A DNA stretch of 64,000 bases from an uncultured Gemmatimonadaceae bacterium (GTDB lineage Bacteria > Gemmatimonadota > Gemmatimonadetes > Gemmatimonadales > Gemmatimonadaceae): contig CAWFQK010000004.1 in NCBI GenBank assembly GCA_963817955.1, positions 384,001 to 448,000 of the forward strand. The letters run 5' to 3'. The position numbers and the translations under genes are program-made. The notes under the pieces were generated by a model. The model saw nothing but the letters and a program-made list of their open reading frames with translations. It was not told where the DNA came from and did no database searches. Shown one piece after another: positions 37,334-49,076 of the stretch. Numbering within the stretch: position 1 is the first letter of the stretch; every line of letters starts with the position of its first letter.

Positions 37334-38404
37334 CTAGCCTTCGTCTTCCCTGCCGAGCAGCCGCTCAATACGCCGTAGGAGCGTAGGAAGCTTGAGGAGC
37401 GCGGCCTGCGCGCGAAGCGATTGCCTGTGTGGCCGCGCCGGATAGCCCGACCATGTCTCGCCGGCCGGGACGTCGCCAAACACCCCGCCCCGAGCGGCTA
37501 TGCGTGCCCCCTTACCGATGGTGCAATGTCCCGCCACTCCCACCTGGCCGAGAATCATGACGCCATCCTCGATGCGCACCGACCCCGAGATACCCGCCTG
37601 CGACATGATCAGGCACAAACGCCCGATCCGCACGTTGTGGCCAATCTGAACGAGGTTGTCGATCTTTGTGCCCGCACCGATGACGGTATCGTCGATGCTT
37701 CCCCGATCGATTGTCGTGTTGGCCCCAATCTCGACGTCGTCCTCGAGGATACAGCGGCCGACGTGAGGGATCTTTACGTGGTGTCCGTCGCGCTGCACGT
37801 AGCCAAATCCGTCGGACCCGATCCGCACGCCGGAGTGAAGGATCACGCGGTTGCCGAGGCGGCTGCCGCTGTACAGCGTCACCGACGGGAACAACTGGAC
37901 GTGATCACCGAGCTCGACGCCCGCTCCGATCGTGCAATGCGCGCGCACGATAGCGCCCTCGCCAATTCGCGCGCCGTCGTCGATCACGACGTGCGGGCCA
38001 ATGGACACGTTCTGTCCCAGGAGAACGTCCGCGCCCAGCACCGCTGTGGGGTGGACGCCGGGCGTCGCGCGCGGCATGTGGTGAAAGCGCGGAAGAAGCG
38101 TCAGTAATGCTTCTTGCGGTTTCGCCACGATGATGCGCGCGGGCACCGTCCCAGGCGTGTCCGCCAGTTCCGCGGATACGAGCACTACCCCGGCGCGCGA
38201 TGCCGTGAACAACGGGGCGTACTTGGCGACCCCGAGAAAACTCAGATCCGTTCCGGTGGCACGATCGAGCGCCGCCACTCGGGCTACACAGACGGACGGG
38301 TCGCCGATCAGTTGGCCGCCCACCGCATCCGCAATAGTCGCGGCGGTGAGGACGAATCCGCCCTCACCGCCGCCATCATCCTGCTGGGCCGAACCGGCGA
38401 TCAC
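37334..38404 (-). CDS. lpxD: UDP-3-O-acyl-glucosamine N-acyltransferase
   Basis: Hexapeptide repeats; [30 protein letters not shown]. Confidence 0.95.
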   Translation of the reverse strand: MIAGSAQQDDGGGEGGFVLTAATIADAVGGQLIGDPSVCVARVAALDRATGTDLSFLGVAKYAPLFTASRAGVVLVSAELADTPGTVPARIIVAKPQEALLTLLPRFHHMPRATPGVHPTAVLGADVLLGQNVSIGPHVVIDDGARIGEGAIVRAHCTIGAGVELGDHVQLFPSVTLYSGSRLGNRVILHSGVRIGSDGFGYVQRDGHHVKIPHVGRCILEDDVEIGANTTIDRGSIDDTVIGAGTKIDNLVQIGHNVRIGRLCLIMSQAGISGSVRIEDGVMILGQVGVAGHCTIGKGARIAARGGVFGDVPAGETWSGYPARPHRQSLRAQAALLKLPTLLRRIERLLGREDEG

Positions 38405-39009
38405 TGTGCCGGCGGCTTTGGACGCGTGACGCCGGCCGGCGCGGACGGCGCACCCTTCGGTGGAACTGCAACTGGAGCCGCTACAGCCTTCGTCGCGCGC
38501 AGCCGCGACACGACGCGATCCGTGATGTCGAGATTCTTATCCGCAGACACGATGCTCGAATTCTGCGGGTCATTCGCAAAGATGATCGCGTAGCCGTCTT
38601 CGGTACGGATGTCGTCCAGCGCTTTCTTCACGGCCTCAGTGACTGGCGCCATCACCTCGTTCGTGCGCTGCGAGAACTGCTGCTGGAGCTGAAGGTTTTT
38701 CGCCTGCAGATCGGTCTCGAGCGACTGTATCGCCTTCTGGCGGGTGTCCTTGGCCGTGGCGCTGAGCGCGGGCTCGTCCTTCTGATATTTCGTGAGAAGC
38801 GTGTTGATGGAATCCTGCATCTTGCCCAGCTGCGCCTTGAATCCATCACCTTCCTTCTGCAGCACCGCCTCGGCTTGCGCGCGGCCCGGGGCTGCATCCA
38901 TCAGTGCCTGCGTATTCACGAAGGCGAGCTTGACTGTCTGGGCGTTTGCAACGCCGCCGATCACTGAACCTACGAGCGCGATCACCGTCGCGCGGAACAT
39001 GGAACGCAT
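38401..39009 (-). CDS. skp: Periplasmic chaperone Skp/OmpH
   Basis: Signal peptide; KLAFVN, coiled coil, DITDRVV; between bamA and lpxD. Confidence 0.85.
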   Translation of the reverse strand: MRSMFRATVIALVGSVIGGVANAQTVKLAFVNTQALMDAAPGRAQAEAVLQKEGDGFKAQLGKMQDSINTLLTKYQKDEPALSATAKDTRQKAIQSLETDLQAKNLQLQQQFSQRTNEVMAPVTEAVKKALDDIRTEDGYAIIFANDPQNSSIVSADKNLDITDRVVSRLRATKAVAAPVAVPPKGAPSAPAGVTRPKPPAQ

Positions 39010-39021
39010 GAAGACTCCGAA

Positions 39022-41439
39022 TTAGAAGATCTGACCGAACTTGAAGTGAACCTGCCATTTGGGATCCTTATGCCCGAACGCGTCCACGCGATCGAACCCA
39101 TACCCCAAGTCGACACCCAGTGGTCCGAGAGGCGTGACGAGCGACGCTCCGAAGCCCGCACCCCGGAAGAGTCTGGTCGGATCGAAGTCGCTGGGCCGAT
39201 CCCAGAGATTGCCTGCGTCGTAGAACGCGTCGATGTACAGCTGCTGACTCACACGCAGACCGAGTTCCGCTGTGCTCGTGTAGTACGCATTACCGAACGA
39301 TGACCGCTGGGCCTGGAACTGATCGGCGTTCGGGAGATACCCCTTGGGCGTGATCGAAAACTCCTCGTACCCGCGCAGAGGATTGCCGTACTGCACGCCG
39401 CCCAACGAGAACGCCTGCGAGACGAAGAACGGTCCCGGATCACCGAACAACGCGCCGGCGCGGGCCGACAAGCCCACGACCAGCGCCATGGGCTCCGGAC
39501 CAAGGGCCTTGCCGAAGGTCGCGATCGTGGAGTATGAGCGCATCTCGGTCGTGAGTCGTTGGAACGTGGCCGACCCGCCCAGGGGTCCACCGTTCAACTG
39601 CAGCGCGACGTCTTCGTGCACGCCGGCGACGGGGAACGGCGTCCCCAGTCGTGTATCATGATCGAGCGTGAAGCCGAGCGTCGAACGGAAGCAGCCGTTG
39701 CAGTTGATCGTCGCCACGAGCCCATCGCCCCCGTAACTCACCCGCTCGCCGCCATAGCTCACGAAAAACCGCGTGAGACGCGAGTTCGGCAGTGGGAAGC
39801 CGAACTGGAGCTGTCCGCCCGTCGTGTTCGACTGGCCGATGTCGCGGATGATGAAGCGTGACAGCTGGTTGTACGCCGACACGGTGCCGGACACGTTCGA
39901 CTGCTTGATCCGCGGATCGGTGTAGCTCAAGGTGAAGTCGCGGATGTACTGGCCAAACTGCCATTGCAGCGAGCCACGCTTGCACTCGCCGAACAGGTTC
40001 GGCTGGTCAAAGCCAATGAAGCCGCCAAGGCCAGTCCCCTGCCCGACCGACGCGCCAAAGTTGACATTGCCTGTACGCTTTTCCTTGACGTGGAAAATCA
40101 GGTCGATGTCGCCCTTGTCATTCGCCGGATTCGTGGTCGGTTGCGGCATGTCCGCTTCGAAGAATCCAAGGTTGGCGATGTTGCGATAGCTCTGAAGCAG
40201 TCGATCGCGATTGAAGACGTCACCCGGCAGAATGAACAGCTGGTCTCGGATACACGTTTCCGTCGTGACGTCGTTGCCGACGATATCCACCCGGTTCACG
40301 ATCGCCGGCGTCCGCTCGTCTATCTCCCACCGCAGGTTCACCGTCGGCGTCGAATCCGGGCCGACCCGCTCACGCTCGACCACCGGACGGATGCTCGCGT
40401 AGATATAGCCTTCGTTCTCATACTCTTCCTGCACCTTACTCGTGGCGTCATCCCACGCACTGGAATTGAAAACGTTCTTCGCCTCCGTCGGTCCGCGGCT
40501 GATGAGGCCTTTCACCGTTTCGGTGACAGTCTTGGTCTTCTTGGCGCTGAACGGGTAATAGGCCGCGATTTGTTCGTTGGAGAATCGTTTGGCACCATCC
40601 ACCTCGAACGTGCCGATCTTGTATTGCGGCCCCTCGTTGACGCGAATCCGAACGAGGGCTTTGCCCTTCTCGCGGTCGACGATCAGCGAGTCCTTCACAA
40701 CCTGCATGTCGATGAACCCGTGCGCCGCGTAGAGCTGCGGAATGGTCCTCGACAGATCTTCATTGTATTTGTCGCTGTCGAACTCGCCGTTCTTCCACCA
40801 GAAGAAACCTTCAGGCTTCGTACTGAGCGCAGCCACGATCGTCTTGGCTGAGAGCGCTTTGTTGCCTTCAATCTCGACGCCCGAGATCGCCAGTCGACGG
40901 CCCTCGTCGACGTGAAAGACCAACGTGGTGGCGTCGCGGTCGGTGATCGTATCAACCGTCACCTTGGCCAGGTAGTAGCTCTGGCTCTGGTACAACGAAT
41001 CGATGCGTGCAACGTCCTTCGCGACCTGGGCCGGATCGACTGGCTTGCCGATCAACAGGTCCACCCGGTCGCGAACTGAGCTTGGCGACACTCGCTCGGG
41101 ACCGACGACCTTTATGTCGCTCAGAATGCGGCGCTCGCGGACCGTGAAAATGAGCACTGCCTTGCCACCAACGAACTCGCAACTCGTCCGAACGTCTTCG
41201 AACTGATTGGTGGCAAACAGGTCACGGATTGCACGGGTGAGCACCCGATTGCCGCCGATAGGCTGGCCGGGAGTGATCCCAACGCCGGCGCGCAGGTCGG
41301 CCTCAGGCACTCGGGAGAAACCACGAAACGCCACGCTGTCAGGCGTGGCGCACTGTCCGGTCACGGTCTCCTGGGCTGCGGCGGCAGAAGCAGCTACCGC
41401 GAGACCCACGACCGCGAGCAAAACATGCATTTGTCGCAT
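39022..41439 (-). CDS. bamA: Outer membrane protein assembly factor BamA
   Basis: Signal peptide, POTRA repeats, LRGY motif, C-terminal FKFGQIF. Confidence 0.93.
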   Translation of the reverse strand: MRQMHVLLAVVGLAVAASAAAAQETVTGQCATPDSVAFRGFSRVPEADLRAGVGITPGQPIGGNRVLTRAIRDLFATNQFEDVRTSCEFVGGKAVLIFTVRERRILSDIKVVGPERVSPSSVRDRVDLLIGKPVDPAQVAKDVARIDSLYQSQSYYLAKVTVDTITDRDATTLVFHVDEGRRLAISGVEIEGNKALSAKTIVAALSTKPEGFFWWKNGEFDSDKYNEDLSRTIPQLYAAHGFIDMQVVKDSLIVDREKGKALVRIRVNEGPQYKIGTFEVDGAKRFSNEQIAAYYPFSAKKTKTVTETVKGLISRGPTEAKNVFNSSAWDDATSKVQEEYENEGYIYASIRPVVERERVGPDSTPTVNLRWEIDERTPAIVNRVDIVGNDVTTETCIRDQLFILPGDVFNRDRLLQSYRNIANLGFFEADMPQPTTNPANDKGDIDLIFHVKEKRTGNVNFGASVGQGTGLGGFIGFDQPNLFGECKRGSLQWQFGQYIRDFTLSYTDPRIKQSNVSGTVSAYNQLSRFIIRDIGQSNTTGGQLQFGFPLPNSRLTRFFVSYGGERVSYGGDGLVATINCNGCFRSTLGFTLDHDTRLGTPFPVAGVHEDVALQLNGGPLGGSATFQRLTTEMRSYSTIATFGKALGPEPMALVVGLSARAGALFGDPGPFFVSQAFSLGGVQYGNPLRGYEEFSITPKGYLPNADQFQAQRSSFGNAYYTSTAELGLRVSQQLYIDAFYDAGNLWDRPSDFDPTRLFRGAGFGASLVTPLGPLGVDLGYGFDRVDAFGHKDPKWQVHFKFGQIF

Positions 41440-41514
41440 AGTCCGGGAATATACACAGAAGGCGGCCGGTCAGGTCCTTGATGGGACCAACCGACCGCCT
41501 TCCTGTCGATTTCT

Positions 41515-44007
41515 TTACGCCTGGGGTGCGCTGCTGGTGAGAACCCGGAAGCCCAGATGTTCCCCATCGGGCGCGACATCTACCTCGATCTCCTCGCCCT
41601 TCGAGTACTCGGCCACCAAAATCTTGTCCGACAGCGGATCCTCGATGTACTTCTGGATGGAGCGCTTCAGCGGACGTGCGCCGTACTGCTCGTCATAGCC
41701 GTGCTTGACGAGGAAGTCCGTCGCCGCTGGGGAGAGTGTGAGCGTGAGCTCTTCCTCGGACAACCGCTTCCGTACGTCCTTGAGCAGGATGCTCACGATC
41801 TGCGTGATGTGCTCGCGACTGAGCGGATGGAACACGATCACATCGTCCAAGCGGTTCAGGAACTCGGGGTTGAACACGTTCTTGAGTTCGTCCCGCACCT
41901 TCTCCGCCCGACGCTCCCAGTTCTGCTTTTCGTCGCCGCTCGTGAAGCCGAGCGATTTCGTCTTCGTGAGGTCACGGGCGCCGACGTTCGACGTCATGAT
42001 CACCACGGTGTTCTTGAAGTCGATCACGCGACCGTAGTTGTCGGTCAGGTGACCTTCGTCGAGCACCTGCAGCAGGATGTTGAACACATCCGGGTGCGCT
42101 TTTTCAATTTCATCGAGCAGGATGACGCAGTACGGTTTGCGCCGTACGGCCTTCGTGAGCGTGCCCGAATCCTCGTAGCCCACGTATCCCGGCGGCGCAC
42201 CGATGAGACGCGACACGGAGAACTTCTCCATGTACTCGCTCATATCGACGCGGATGAGCGCCGATTCGTCGGCGAACAGGAACTTCGCCAGCGACCGAGC
42301 CAGCTCCGTCTTGCCCACGCCCGTCGGGCCCGAGAAGACGAACGATCCGATGGGACGCCGCGGATCCTTGAGGCCCGCCCGACTGCGGCGAATGGCCTTG
42401 GAAATCGCGTTGATCGCCTCGTTCTGGCCGATCACCGTCTCATGCAGTTCCTCTTCCATCCGGAGAAGACGAGCCGTCTCGGCTTCCTGCAAGCGCGTCA
42501 CGGGAATGCCCGTCCACCGGCTGACGATGAACGCAATCTCCTCTTCACCAAGCACCGGGCGGTGCGACTGACGCCGCGTCTCCCACTCGGACTGCTTCTG
42601 CTTGATGCTGCCTTGAATCTCGCGCTCCTTGTCACGGAGCGACGCGGCCTTCTCGAAGTTCTGATCGCGAACGGCAGCTTCCTTTTCGCCATTCACTCTC
42701 TCGAGATCGCCCTTGAGCGCGGCGACTTCCGGCGGCGGCGCCTGCGCGGCAAGCCGCGCCCGCGCACCCGCCTCGTCGATCACGTCGATGGCCTTGTCCG
42801 GCAGAAAGCGATCGGTGATGTAACGTTCCGACAGCTTCGATGCCGCAACGAGCGTCGTATCGGGGATCGTCACCTTGTGGTGATCCTCGTATTTCTTACG
42901 CAGCCCCTTCAGGATATCGACCGTTTCGTCCACCGAAGGCGGGTCGACGATCACCGTCTGGAAGCGGCGCTCGAGTGCGCCGTCCTTCTCGATATACTTG
43001 CGATATTCGTTGAGAGTAGACGCACCGACGCATTGCAGCTCGCCACGCGCGAGGGCGGGCTTGAGCATGTTAGAGGCGTCGATGGCGCCTTCGGCGGCAC
43101 CTGCACCCACGAGCGTATGCAGCTCGTCGATGAACAGGATGACTTGTTTGTTTTGGGCGATCTCGTTCATGACCGCCTTGAGGCGCTCCTCGAACTGACC
43201 GCGATACTTGGTGCCGGCAATCACGGCCGCCATGTCGAGCGACAACACACGGTGATCGCGCAACGACTCCGGGCACTCACCGTTGGCGATGAGCTGCGCG
43301 AGTCCTTCCACGATGGCCGTCTTGCCGACGCCCGGCTCGCCGATGAGCACCGGGTTGTTCTTCTTACGGCGCGTCAGCACTTCCATGACCCGCTGGATTT
43401 CTTTCGCCCGACCGATCGTCGGGTCGAGCTGACCTTCGGCGGCGAGCTGCGTGAGATCGCGGCAGAAATGATCGAGCGCCGGCGTTTTGGACTTCTTTTC
43501 ACCCTTGGGCGCAGCCGGCTGCGGCGCAGCGCTGCCGGCGGGCTGAGCACCAGCTTGTGGCGACTCCGTGCCGAGGATGCGCAGGGTCTCGGCGCGGGCG
43601 GCGTCCAAATTGACGCCCGCGTCGGTTAGGACCTGCGCCGCAATCCCCTTTTCTTCACGGAGAAGCCCAAGCAGAAGGTGCTCAGTGCCGACATAACTGT
43701 GGTTCAGCTCGCGCGCTTCGCTCATAGCGAGCTCGAGCACTTTCTTGGCGCGCGACGTGTAGGGTAAGTCGGGACCGGTCGTCTGACCGGCTTTTCCCTT
43801 CTTGACCGTCTCCTCGATTTTTTGCTGGATGTCGTCCAGCTCGACGCTCAGGTTCTGGAGCACCGTCGCTGCGACGCCCTCACCCTCACGAATCAATCCG
43901 AGCAGGATATGCTCGGTCCCCACGTACTCATGGTGGAGACGCGCGGCCTCCTCGCGAGCCATCGCGAGGACTTTCCTCACCCGCTCGGTGAAGTTGTAGC
44001 CGTTCAT
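41515..44007 (-). CDS. clpC: ATP-dependent Clp protease ATP-binding subunit ClpC
   Basis: Clp-N repeats (GTEHILLGL), [11 protein letters not shown] coil, [11 protein letters not shown] ClpP-docking loop. Confidence 0.95.
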   Translation of the reverse strand: MNGYNFTERVRKVLAMAREEAARLHHEYVGTEHILLGLIREGEGVAATVLQNLSVELDDIQQKIEETVKKGKAGQTTGPDLPYTSRAKKVLELAMSEARELNHSYVGTEHLLLGLLREEKGIAAQVLTDAGVNLDAARAETLRILGTESPQAGAQPAGSAAPQPAAPKGEKKSKTPALDHFCRDLTQLAAEGQLDPTIGRAKEIQRVMEVLTRRKKNNPVLIGEPGVGKTAIVEGLAQLIANGECPESLRDHRVLSLDMAAVIAGTKYRGQFEERLKAVMNEIAQNKQVILFIDELHTLVGAGAAEGAIDASNMLKPALARGELQCVGASTLNEYRKYIEKDGALERRFQTVIVDPPSVDETVDILKGLRKKYEDHHKVTIPDTTLVAASKLSERYITDRFLPDKAIDVIDEAGARARLAAQAPPPEVAALKGDLERVNGEKEAAVRDQNFEKAASLRDKEREIQGSIKQKQSEWETRRQSHRPVLGEEEIAFIVSRWTGIPVTRLQEAETARLLRMEEELHETVIGQNEAINAISKAIRRSRAGLKDPRRPIGSFVFSGPTGVGKTELARSLAKFLFADESALIRVDMSEYMEKFSVSRLIGAPPGYVGYEDSGTLTKAVRRKPYCVILLDEIEKAHPDVFNILLQVLDEGHLTDNYGRVIDFKNTVVIMTSNVGARDLTKTKSLGFTSGDEKQNWERRAEKVRDELKNVFNPEFLNRLDDVIVFHPLSREHITQIVSILLKDVRKRLSEEELTLTLSPAATDFLVKHGYDEQYGARPLKRSIQKYIEDPLSDKILVAEYSKGEEIEVDVAPDGEHLGFRVLTSSAPQA

Positions 44008-44040
44008 GGTTCCCTCACAACATCCGGGTGATCGAGGCGT

Positions 44041-45126
44041 TCAACCGACCGAGCCCGCTTCCTGTTCCAGCGCTTTACGCACATACTGTGCGCGCGCCAG
44101 GTTGGTTTCACTTTCCGTCAACGCACGGCCCGCTGAATGGGCCAGATGTGCGGCTTGCGAAAAGATCAGGAGCTTGTTGAGCGTGTATACACTGAGCGCG
44201 GTCATCAGTTTCAACCCTACAGCCAGCCGAACGCCGCTCAGGTAGTTCATCGCCTCGTCGAACGTGAGGCTGCGAGCGTAGCGAAGCGTGCCGTATGCGC
44301 GCCAAAGCTTGTCCTCGATAATATAGCCCGCGTCGCGAAGGAGCACGCGACGTGCCTCTGCTTCTCGCTCGACGACGTGACCGACAACGCGTAACAATTG
44401 ATCGATTAACTCTTCTTCCGAGCGGCCGAGTGTGGTCTGGTTGGAAATCTGAAAGAAGTTTCCCACTACTTCGCTCCCCTCACCATATAAGCCTCGGTAG
44501 GTGAGTCCCATTTGTTGAAGGCTCGCGAGCACCTTCGCGATCTCCTTCGTCAGCACGAGCCCGGGGAGATGAATCAGCACCGATGCGCGCATGCCCGTGC
44601 CGACGTTGGTCGGACAGGCGGTCAGAAAGCCGAACTCGCTGTGATACGAATACGGAACACGTGCACCAAGGTCCCGGTCCAGTTTGTCGATGGCCGTGAA
44701 CGCCTCCTGCAGGGCGAACCCGGAACGGAGCACTTGCAGCCGCAGATGATCCTCTTCGTTCACCATGAGGCCGAGCCCGTCAGCGAGAAAGACGGCTGCG
44801 CCGCTGCGCACGGGGTGCTGCGCATCGAGGCCCGCGAGTTCCTTGCTCACCAGATGGCGCTCATGTAGCAGCGCGCGCGACGTTGGCGGCAGTTCGTCTA
44901 GCCGATAGAGCACCGCCTCGTGCAGGCTCGGAATCGTCGCCACGGCTTCGCGCACCTGCGACAGCACGCGAAGCCGCTCGCCGTCGCGCGCACGACCAGT
45001 AAACGCGTAGCCGTCAACATTCCGCGCGAACCGGATCCGCGTGGACAACACGATGTCCGAATGGGCGCCAGACGCATCGAGCCAACCCACACCGCCGTCG
45101 GGCAGTAACGAGAGATCGACCGTCAT
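44041..45126 (-). CDS. mcsB: Protein-arginine kinase McsB
   Basis: STRIRFARN, MVNEEDHLR, LTACPTNVGTGMRASV, RGLYGEGS, QISNQTTLG. Confidence 0.93.
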   Translation of the reverse strand: MTVDLSLLPDGGVGWLDASGAHSDIVLSTRIRFARNVDGYAFTGRARDGERLRVLSQVREAVATIPSLHEAVLYRLDELPPTSRALLHERHLVSKELAGLDAQHPVRSGAAVFLADGLGLMVNEEDHLRLQVLRSGFALQEAFTAIDKLDRDLGARVPYSYHSEFGFLTACPTNVGTGMRASVLIHLPGLVLTKEIAKVLASLQQMGLTYRGLYGEGSEVVGNFFQISNQTTLGRSEEELIDQLLRVVGHVVEREAEARRVLLRDAGYIIEDKLWRAYGTLRYARSLTFDEAMNYLSGVRLAVGLKLMTALSVYTLNKLLIFSQAAHLAHSAGRALTESETNLARAQYVRKALEQEAGSVG

Positions 45127-45608
45127 TCCATCACTCGAATGCGATCGCGCAGGTCGGCCGCCAGCTCGAACTGCTCGCTCTCGATCGCGCGCCGCAGCCG
45201 CTCCTTGAGCTCGCCAAGTACTGCGGTGTGCTCCAGCGTCTCGGACATTGGCGGATGGTAGGATCGGCCGATGTGCCTGCTATTGCCGTGCACGCGGCGC
45301 AACAGCTCGCGAATACCAGCCTCGAAGTTCGTGTAGCAGCGCGCACAGCCCCAGCGGCCCGTGGCGCGAAAATCCGACATGGTCGAGTTGCAGAAGGTGC
45401 AGCGCACGCCCTCGGCACTCGGCGTCGCTGCCTGCTGATGCACGGCCTGCAGGAATTCGCCGAGCGGATGCTTCGGCGTCGCGACCGTGGTCTCCACGCC
45501 GCGCTCCGCCGCGCACTTCTCGCAGAGATGCAGCTGGTGCACGGCGTTGTTCTCGATCGTCGTGAGATGCACGACGGCGTCGCGCTCCTTACAGCTATCG
45601 CACAACAT
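45123..45608 (-). CDS. mcsA: McsA activator (CXXC motifs + UVR domain)
   Basis: Four CXXC motifs; EQFELAADLRDRI. Confidence 0.9.
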   Translation of the reverse strand: MLCDSCKERDAVVHLTTIENNAVHQLHLCEKCAAERGVETTVATPKHPLGEFLQAVHQQAATPSAEGVRCTFCNSTMSDFRATGRWGCARCYTNFEAGIRELLRRVHGNSRHIGRSYHPPMSETLEHTAVLGELKERLRRAIESEQFELAADLRDRIRVME

Positions 45609-46306
45609 CAGGGCACCACCTCGCGGACGTCGGTATCCATCAGACGTCCGTCCTCCAGCAACAAGGTTCGATCCGCCCGCGCGGCCAGTGAGCGGTTGTG
45701 CGTCGCGATCACCATCGCGATCTCGAGATCGCGAGACAGTTCCGCGAACAGATCGTGCAAGCGATCGCTGTTCACGTGGTCCAGATTGCCCGACGGTTCA
45801 TCCGCCAGTAACACCGCCGGGTCGATTGCCAGCGCGCGTGCCACCGCCGTGCGCTGCTGCTCGCCGCCCGACAGCGCGGATGGCTTGTGGTGCATGCGCC
45901 CGGCGAGCCCCACGCGCGCGAGCAGGTCTTCGGCGCGCCGCCGAGTCCGCTGGTCATCCCACCCGGCGATGCGCAACGGCATCATCACGTTCTCGAGTGC
46001 CGTGAATTCGCGCAACAGATGATGGAATTGAAACACGAATCCCACTGACCGGTTCCGCAGCGCCGACAAATCGTCGTCGCTTCGGTTGTGCAGCGACTCC
46101 CCGTTGATCTGCACGGAGCCGCGCGTCGGCTTGTCGAGGGCACCGAGCAGGTGTAGCAGCGTGCTCTTGCCGGCGCCACTCGCACCAACCACCGCCACCA
46201 TCTCGCCGCGCGGCACTTGAATCGTGATCCCGTCGAGCACGGTGATCTCGCCGCCATCTCCGCCGCGATACACCTTGGCCAGGTCAACCGCCTCCAGCAC
46301 GATCAT
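45608..46306 (-). CDS. lolD: Lipoprotein-releasing ABC transporter ATPase
   Basis: GASGAGKSTLL, FVFQFHHLL, LSGGEQQR, ADEPSGNLD. Confidence 0.9.
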   Translation of the reverse strand: MIVLEAVDLAKVYRGGDGGEITVLDGITIQVPRGEMVAVVGASGAGKSTLLHLLGALDKPTRGSVQINGESLHNRSDDDLSALRNRSVGFVFQFHHLLREFTALENVMMPLRIAGWDDQRTRRRAEDLLARVGLAGRMHHKPSALSGGEQQRTAVARALAIDPAVLLADEPSGNLDHVNSDRLHDLFAELSRDLEIAMVIATHNRSLAARADRTLLLEDGRLMDTDVREVVP

Positions 46307-47559
46307 TCGTGACGAATCGCCTCCACGGGGTAAAGCTTTGCCGCCTGCCGCGCCGGATAAATCGTTGCCACCGCGGCCACCACCAGACTCGCCACGACAA
46401 TGAACGTCACGTCCCTCGGCTGCGTCGAAACCGGTAGGTGATCGATGAAATATACGGCCGGGTCGAGTGGGATGAGTTTCTTCTTCCCGATCAACTCCGA
46501 TGCCGCGAGGCCGACGACGAGCCCGGACAACGTGCCGACGATGCCAATCACCAGCCCCTGCGCAAAGAACACACGACGGATGGACTTGGCGGGCATGCCC
46601 ATGGCCCGCAGAATGCCGATCTCGCGTGTCTTGTCCGTCACGACCATGATCAGCGTGCTGATGATGTTGAACGCGGCCACGAGCACGATCAGCAACAGAA
46701 TCACCGTCATACCGAGCTTCTCGAGCTGGAGCGCGTTGAATAGCGAGTTGTTCTGCTGATGCCAATCTTCGACACGGAACGGCATGCCGAGACTGTCCGA
46801 CAGATGTCCGGCGATCTCTGGCGCATCCCAACGCGACGGCGTCTTGACCTCGAGGCCGGTCACCGCGCTGCCGAGTTGCGCGAGGTTCTGCGCGGCATCG
46901 AGCGAGATGATCACGTACGAGTTGTCATACTCGTACATGCCCGTGTCGAAAATGCCGGTGACCTCGAACTGATCGATCTTCGGCTGCGGCGCCCCGGTGA
47001 CCGGATTGATCCGGCTCGGATCGAACGTCATCAACGTGATGGTATCAATGCCGGGCGTTGCGTTCAGGCGGGCGGCGAGTTTTGCGCCGAGCACGGCACC
47101 GTGCCGCGTGCCGTCCAGCGTCGAGAAGGAGAAGTCGCCCGCAGTAGCCACCTTTCGGATAGACGTCACCTGTGGCACGCCAGGCCCGTCCGGCGGTAGC
47201 CCTTCGACGATGACGCCTTCCATGTACTTGTGACGTGCCGATTCGATGAGCGCTTGCGTGTGCACGAACGGACCGACGGCAACGACGCCCGGCTGCCGCT
47301 GAACCTTCTTCAGCGTAGCCGGCCAGTCCTTCATCACCATTTCTTCGCCGTACGTGAGCACACGAATATCGGGACTGCCGATGAGGATCTTCTCACGGAG
47401 ATCGTTCTGCAGTCCGTTCATCACGCCAATGATGACGATGAGCGCGCTGACCGCCACCGCCACCCCGCCGATCGCGATCAGACTGATCAACGACAGCAGC
47501 CGGGATCCGCGGCGGCTATGCAGATACCGCCAGGCGATGGACAGCTCGAGACGGCTCAT
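46303..47559 (-). CDS. lolE: Lipoprotein-releasing ABC transporter permease LolC/E
   Basis: [36 protein letters not shown]. Confidence 0.85.
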   Translation of the reverse strand: MSRLELSIAWRYLHSRRGSRLLSLISLIAIGGVAVAVSALIVIIGVMNGLQNDLREKILIGSPDIRVLTYGEEMVMKDWPATLKKVQRQPGVVAVGPFVHTQALIESARHKYMEGVIVEGLPPDGPGVPQVTSIRKVATAGDFSFSTLDGTRHGAVLGAKLAARLNATPGIDTITLMTFDPSRINPVTGAPQPKIDQFEVTGIFDTGMYEYDNSYVIISLDAAQNLAQLGSAVTGLEVKTPSRWDAPEIAGHLSDSLGMPFRVEDWHQQNNSLFNALQLEKLGMTVILLLIVLVAAFNIISTLIMVVTDKTREIGILRAMGMPAKSIRRVFFAQGLVIGIVGTLSGLVVGLAASELIGKKKLIPLDPAVYFIDHLPVSTQPRDVTFIVVASLVVAAVATIYPARQAAKLYPVEAIRHE

Positions 47560-49076
47560 TCAGGACGCAGCGTCGGAAAGAAAATCACATCGCGAATGTT
47601 CGGCGTGTTCGTGAGATACATGAACAGTCGGTCCATGCCGATGCCCACGCCGCCAGCCGGCGGCATCCCATATTCCATGGCGCGCAAGTAATCCTCATCT
47701 ACCCCTGCGGCTTCCTCGTCGCCCGCCGCGCGGAGGCGCGCCTGGGCCTCGAAACGACGGCGCTGATCGATCGGATCGTTCAACTCGCTGAATGCATTTG
47801 CCAGTTCGCGTCCGCGCGCAAACAACTCGAACCGCTCGGTAAGCTGTGGATTGCCACGCTTCGGCTTGGCGAGCGGCGACAGCTCCACAGGATAGTCGAT
47901 CACGAATGTCGGCTCATCGAGCTTCGACTCGACGAGTGCCTGGAAGATCTCGTCGAGCACTTTCGGCCGGCTCAACGTGTCCACCTTTTGCACCCCGAGG
48001 CGCTGGGCCGCGTTCCGCAGAGCCTCGTCGTCCATCGTCATCGCGTCGACGCCGAGTGCCACATTGAGCGACGGCATCCACTCGATGCGCCGGAACGGCG
48101 GTGCGAGCATCGGGACGCCGTCCGAGCCGTGCTCGACCGCGCCCTCCACAGACGGCGGCGTCCAGACCGACCGCACCGCGTCGGCCGCACGCACGACGAG
48201 CGCTTCGACGCGCGCCATCATCACCGTGTAGTCGGCGTACGCTTCGTAGAACTCCAGCATCGTAAACTCCGGATTGTGCGTCCGGTCGATGCCCTCATTG
48301 CGAAAGTCGTGGCCGATCTCGTACACGCGATCGAGGCCGCCGACGATCAGGCGCTTGAGGTACAGCTCGTCCGCGATGCGCAGGAAGAGCGGCATGTCGA
48401 GCGCGTTGTGGTGCGTGGTAAACGGTCGTGCGGCAGCTCCCCCGTACAGCGGCTGCAGCACAGGCGTCTCCACTTCGAGATATCCAAGCTCGTCGAGGGC
48501 CTGCCGAATCTCCGTTGTCATGCGCGAACGCGCCCGGAAGAGCGCGCGCACCTCGGGATGCACGGCGAGATCGGCGTAGCGTTGCCGATACCGCTGCTCC
48601 GGATCGGAGAACCCCGAATGCCGAACGGTTACGCCCTCTACGACTTCTTCCTTCCCAAACGGGAGCGGACTGAGCGACTTGGCGAGCAGCTCCACCTGCT
48701 CCACACGCACGGTTACTTCGCCGGTACGGGTACGAAAGAGTGGACCAGACGCGCCGATCACGTCACCAATATCAAACAGATCGAGCGTGGCGTACGCGTC
48801 GCCGAGTTGATCTTTCTTGAAGTACAGTTGAATCCGCCCGCTGTCGTCGGCGATGTGCGCGAACGTCGTCTTGCCGTGCGCGCGCCATGCCACGATTCGC
48901 CCAGCCACTCGGACCTGCGCGCCTTCGGCGTGGTCCCCCTCCGGGTGCAATGCCGCGGCGTCCGCGGTGCGATGCGACCGGTCGTAGGCGTAGGCGAATG
49001 GCGCGATACCGCGCTCGACGAGTGCGTCGAGTTTCTCGCGTCTGGCGCGCTGAACGAAGTTGAGTTCGTCGGTCAT
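47556..49076 (-). CDS. lysS: Lysyl-tRNA synthetase (class II)
   Basis: [38 protein letters not shown]. Confidence 0.96.
   Translation of the reverse strand: MTDELNFVQRARREKLDALVERGIAPFAYAYDRSHRTADAAALHPEGDHAEGAQVRVAGRIVAWRAHGKTTFAHIADDSGRIQLYFKKDQLGDAYATLDLFDIGDVIGASGPLFRTRTGEVTVRVEQVELLAKSLSPLPFGKEEVVEGVTVRHSGFSDPEQRYRQRYADLAVHPEVRALFRARSRMTTEIRQALDELGYLEVETPVLQPLYGGAAARPFTTHHNALDMPLFLRIADELYLKRLIVGGLDRVYEIGHDFRNEGIDRTHNPEFTMLEFYEAYADYTVMMARVEALVVRAADAVRSVWTPPSVEGAVEHGSDGVPMLAPPFRRIEWMPSLNVALGVDAMTMDDEALRNAAQRLGVQKVDTLSRPKVLDEIFQALVESKLDEPTFVIDYPVELSPLAKPKRGNPQLTERFELFARGRELANAFSELNDPIDQRRRFEAQARLRAAGDEEAAGVDEDYLRAMEYGMPPAGGVGIGMDRLFMYLTNTPNIRDVIFFPTLRPE

Noticed and set aside
41557..43629. 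690-aa plus-strand ORF
   Set aside because: Antisense shadow of clpC.
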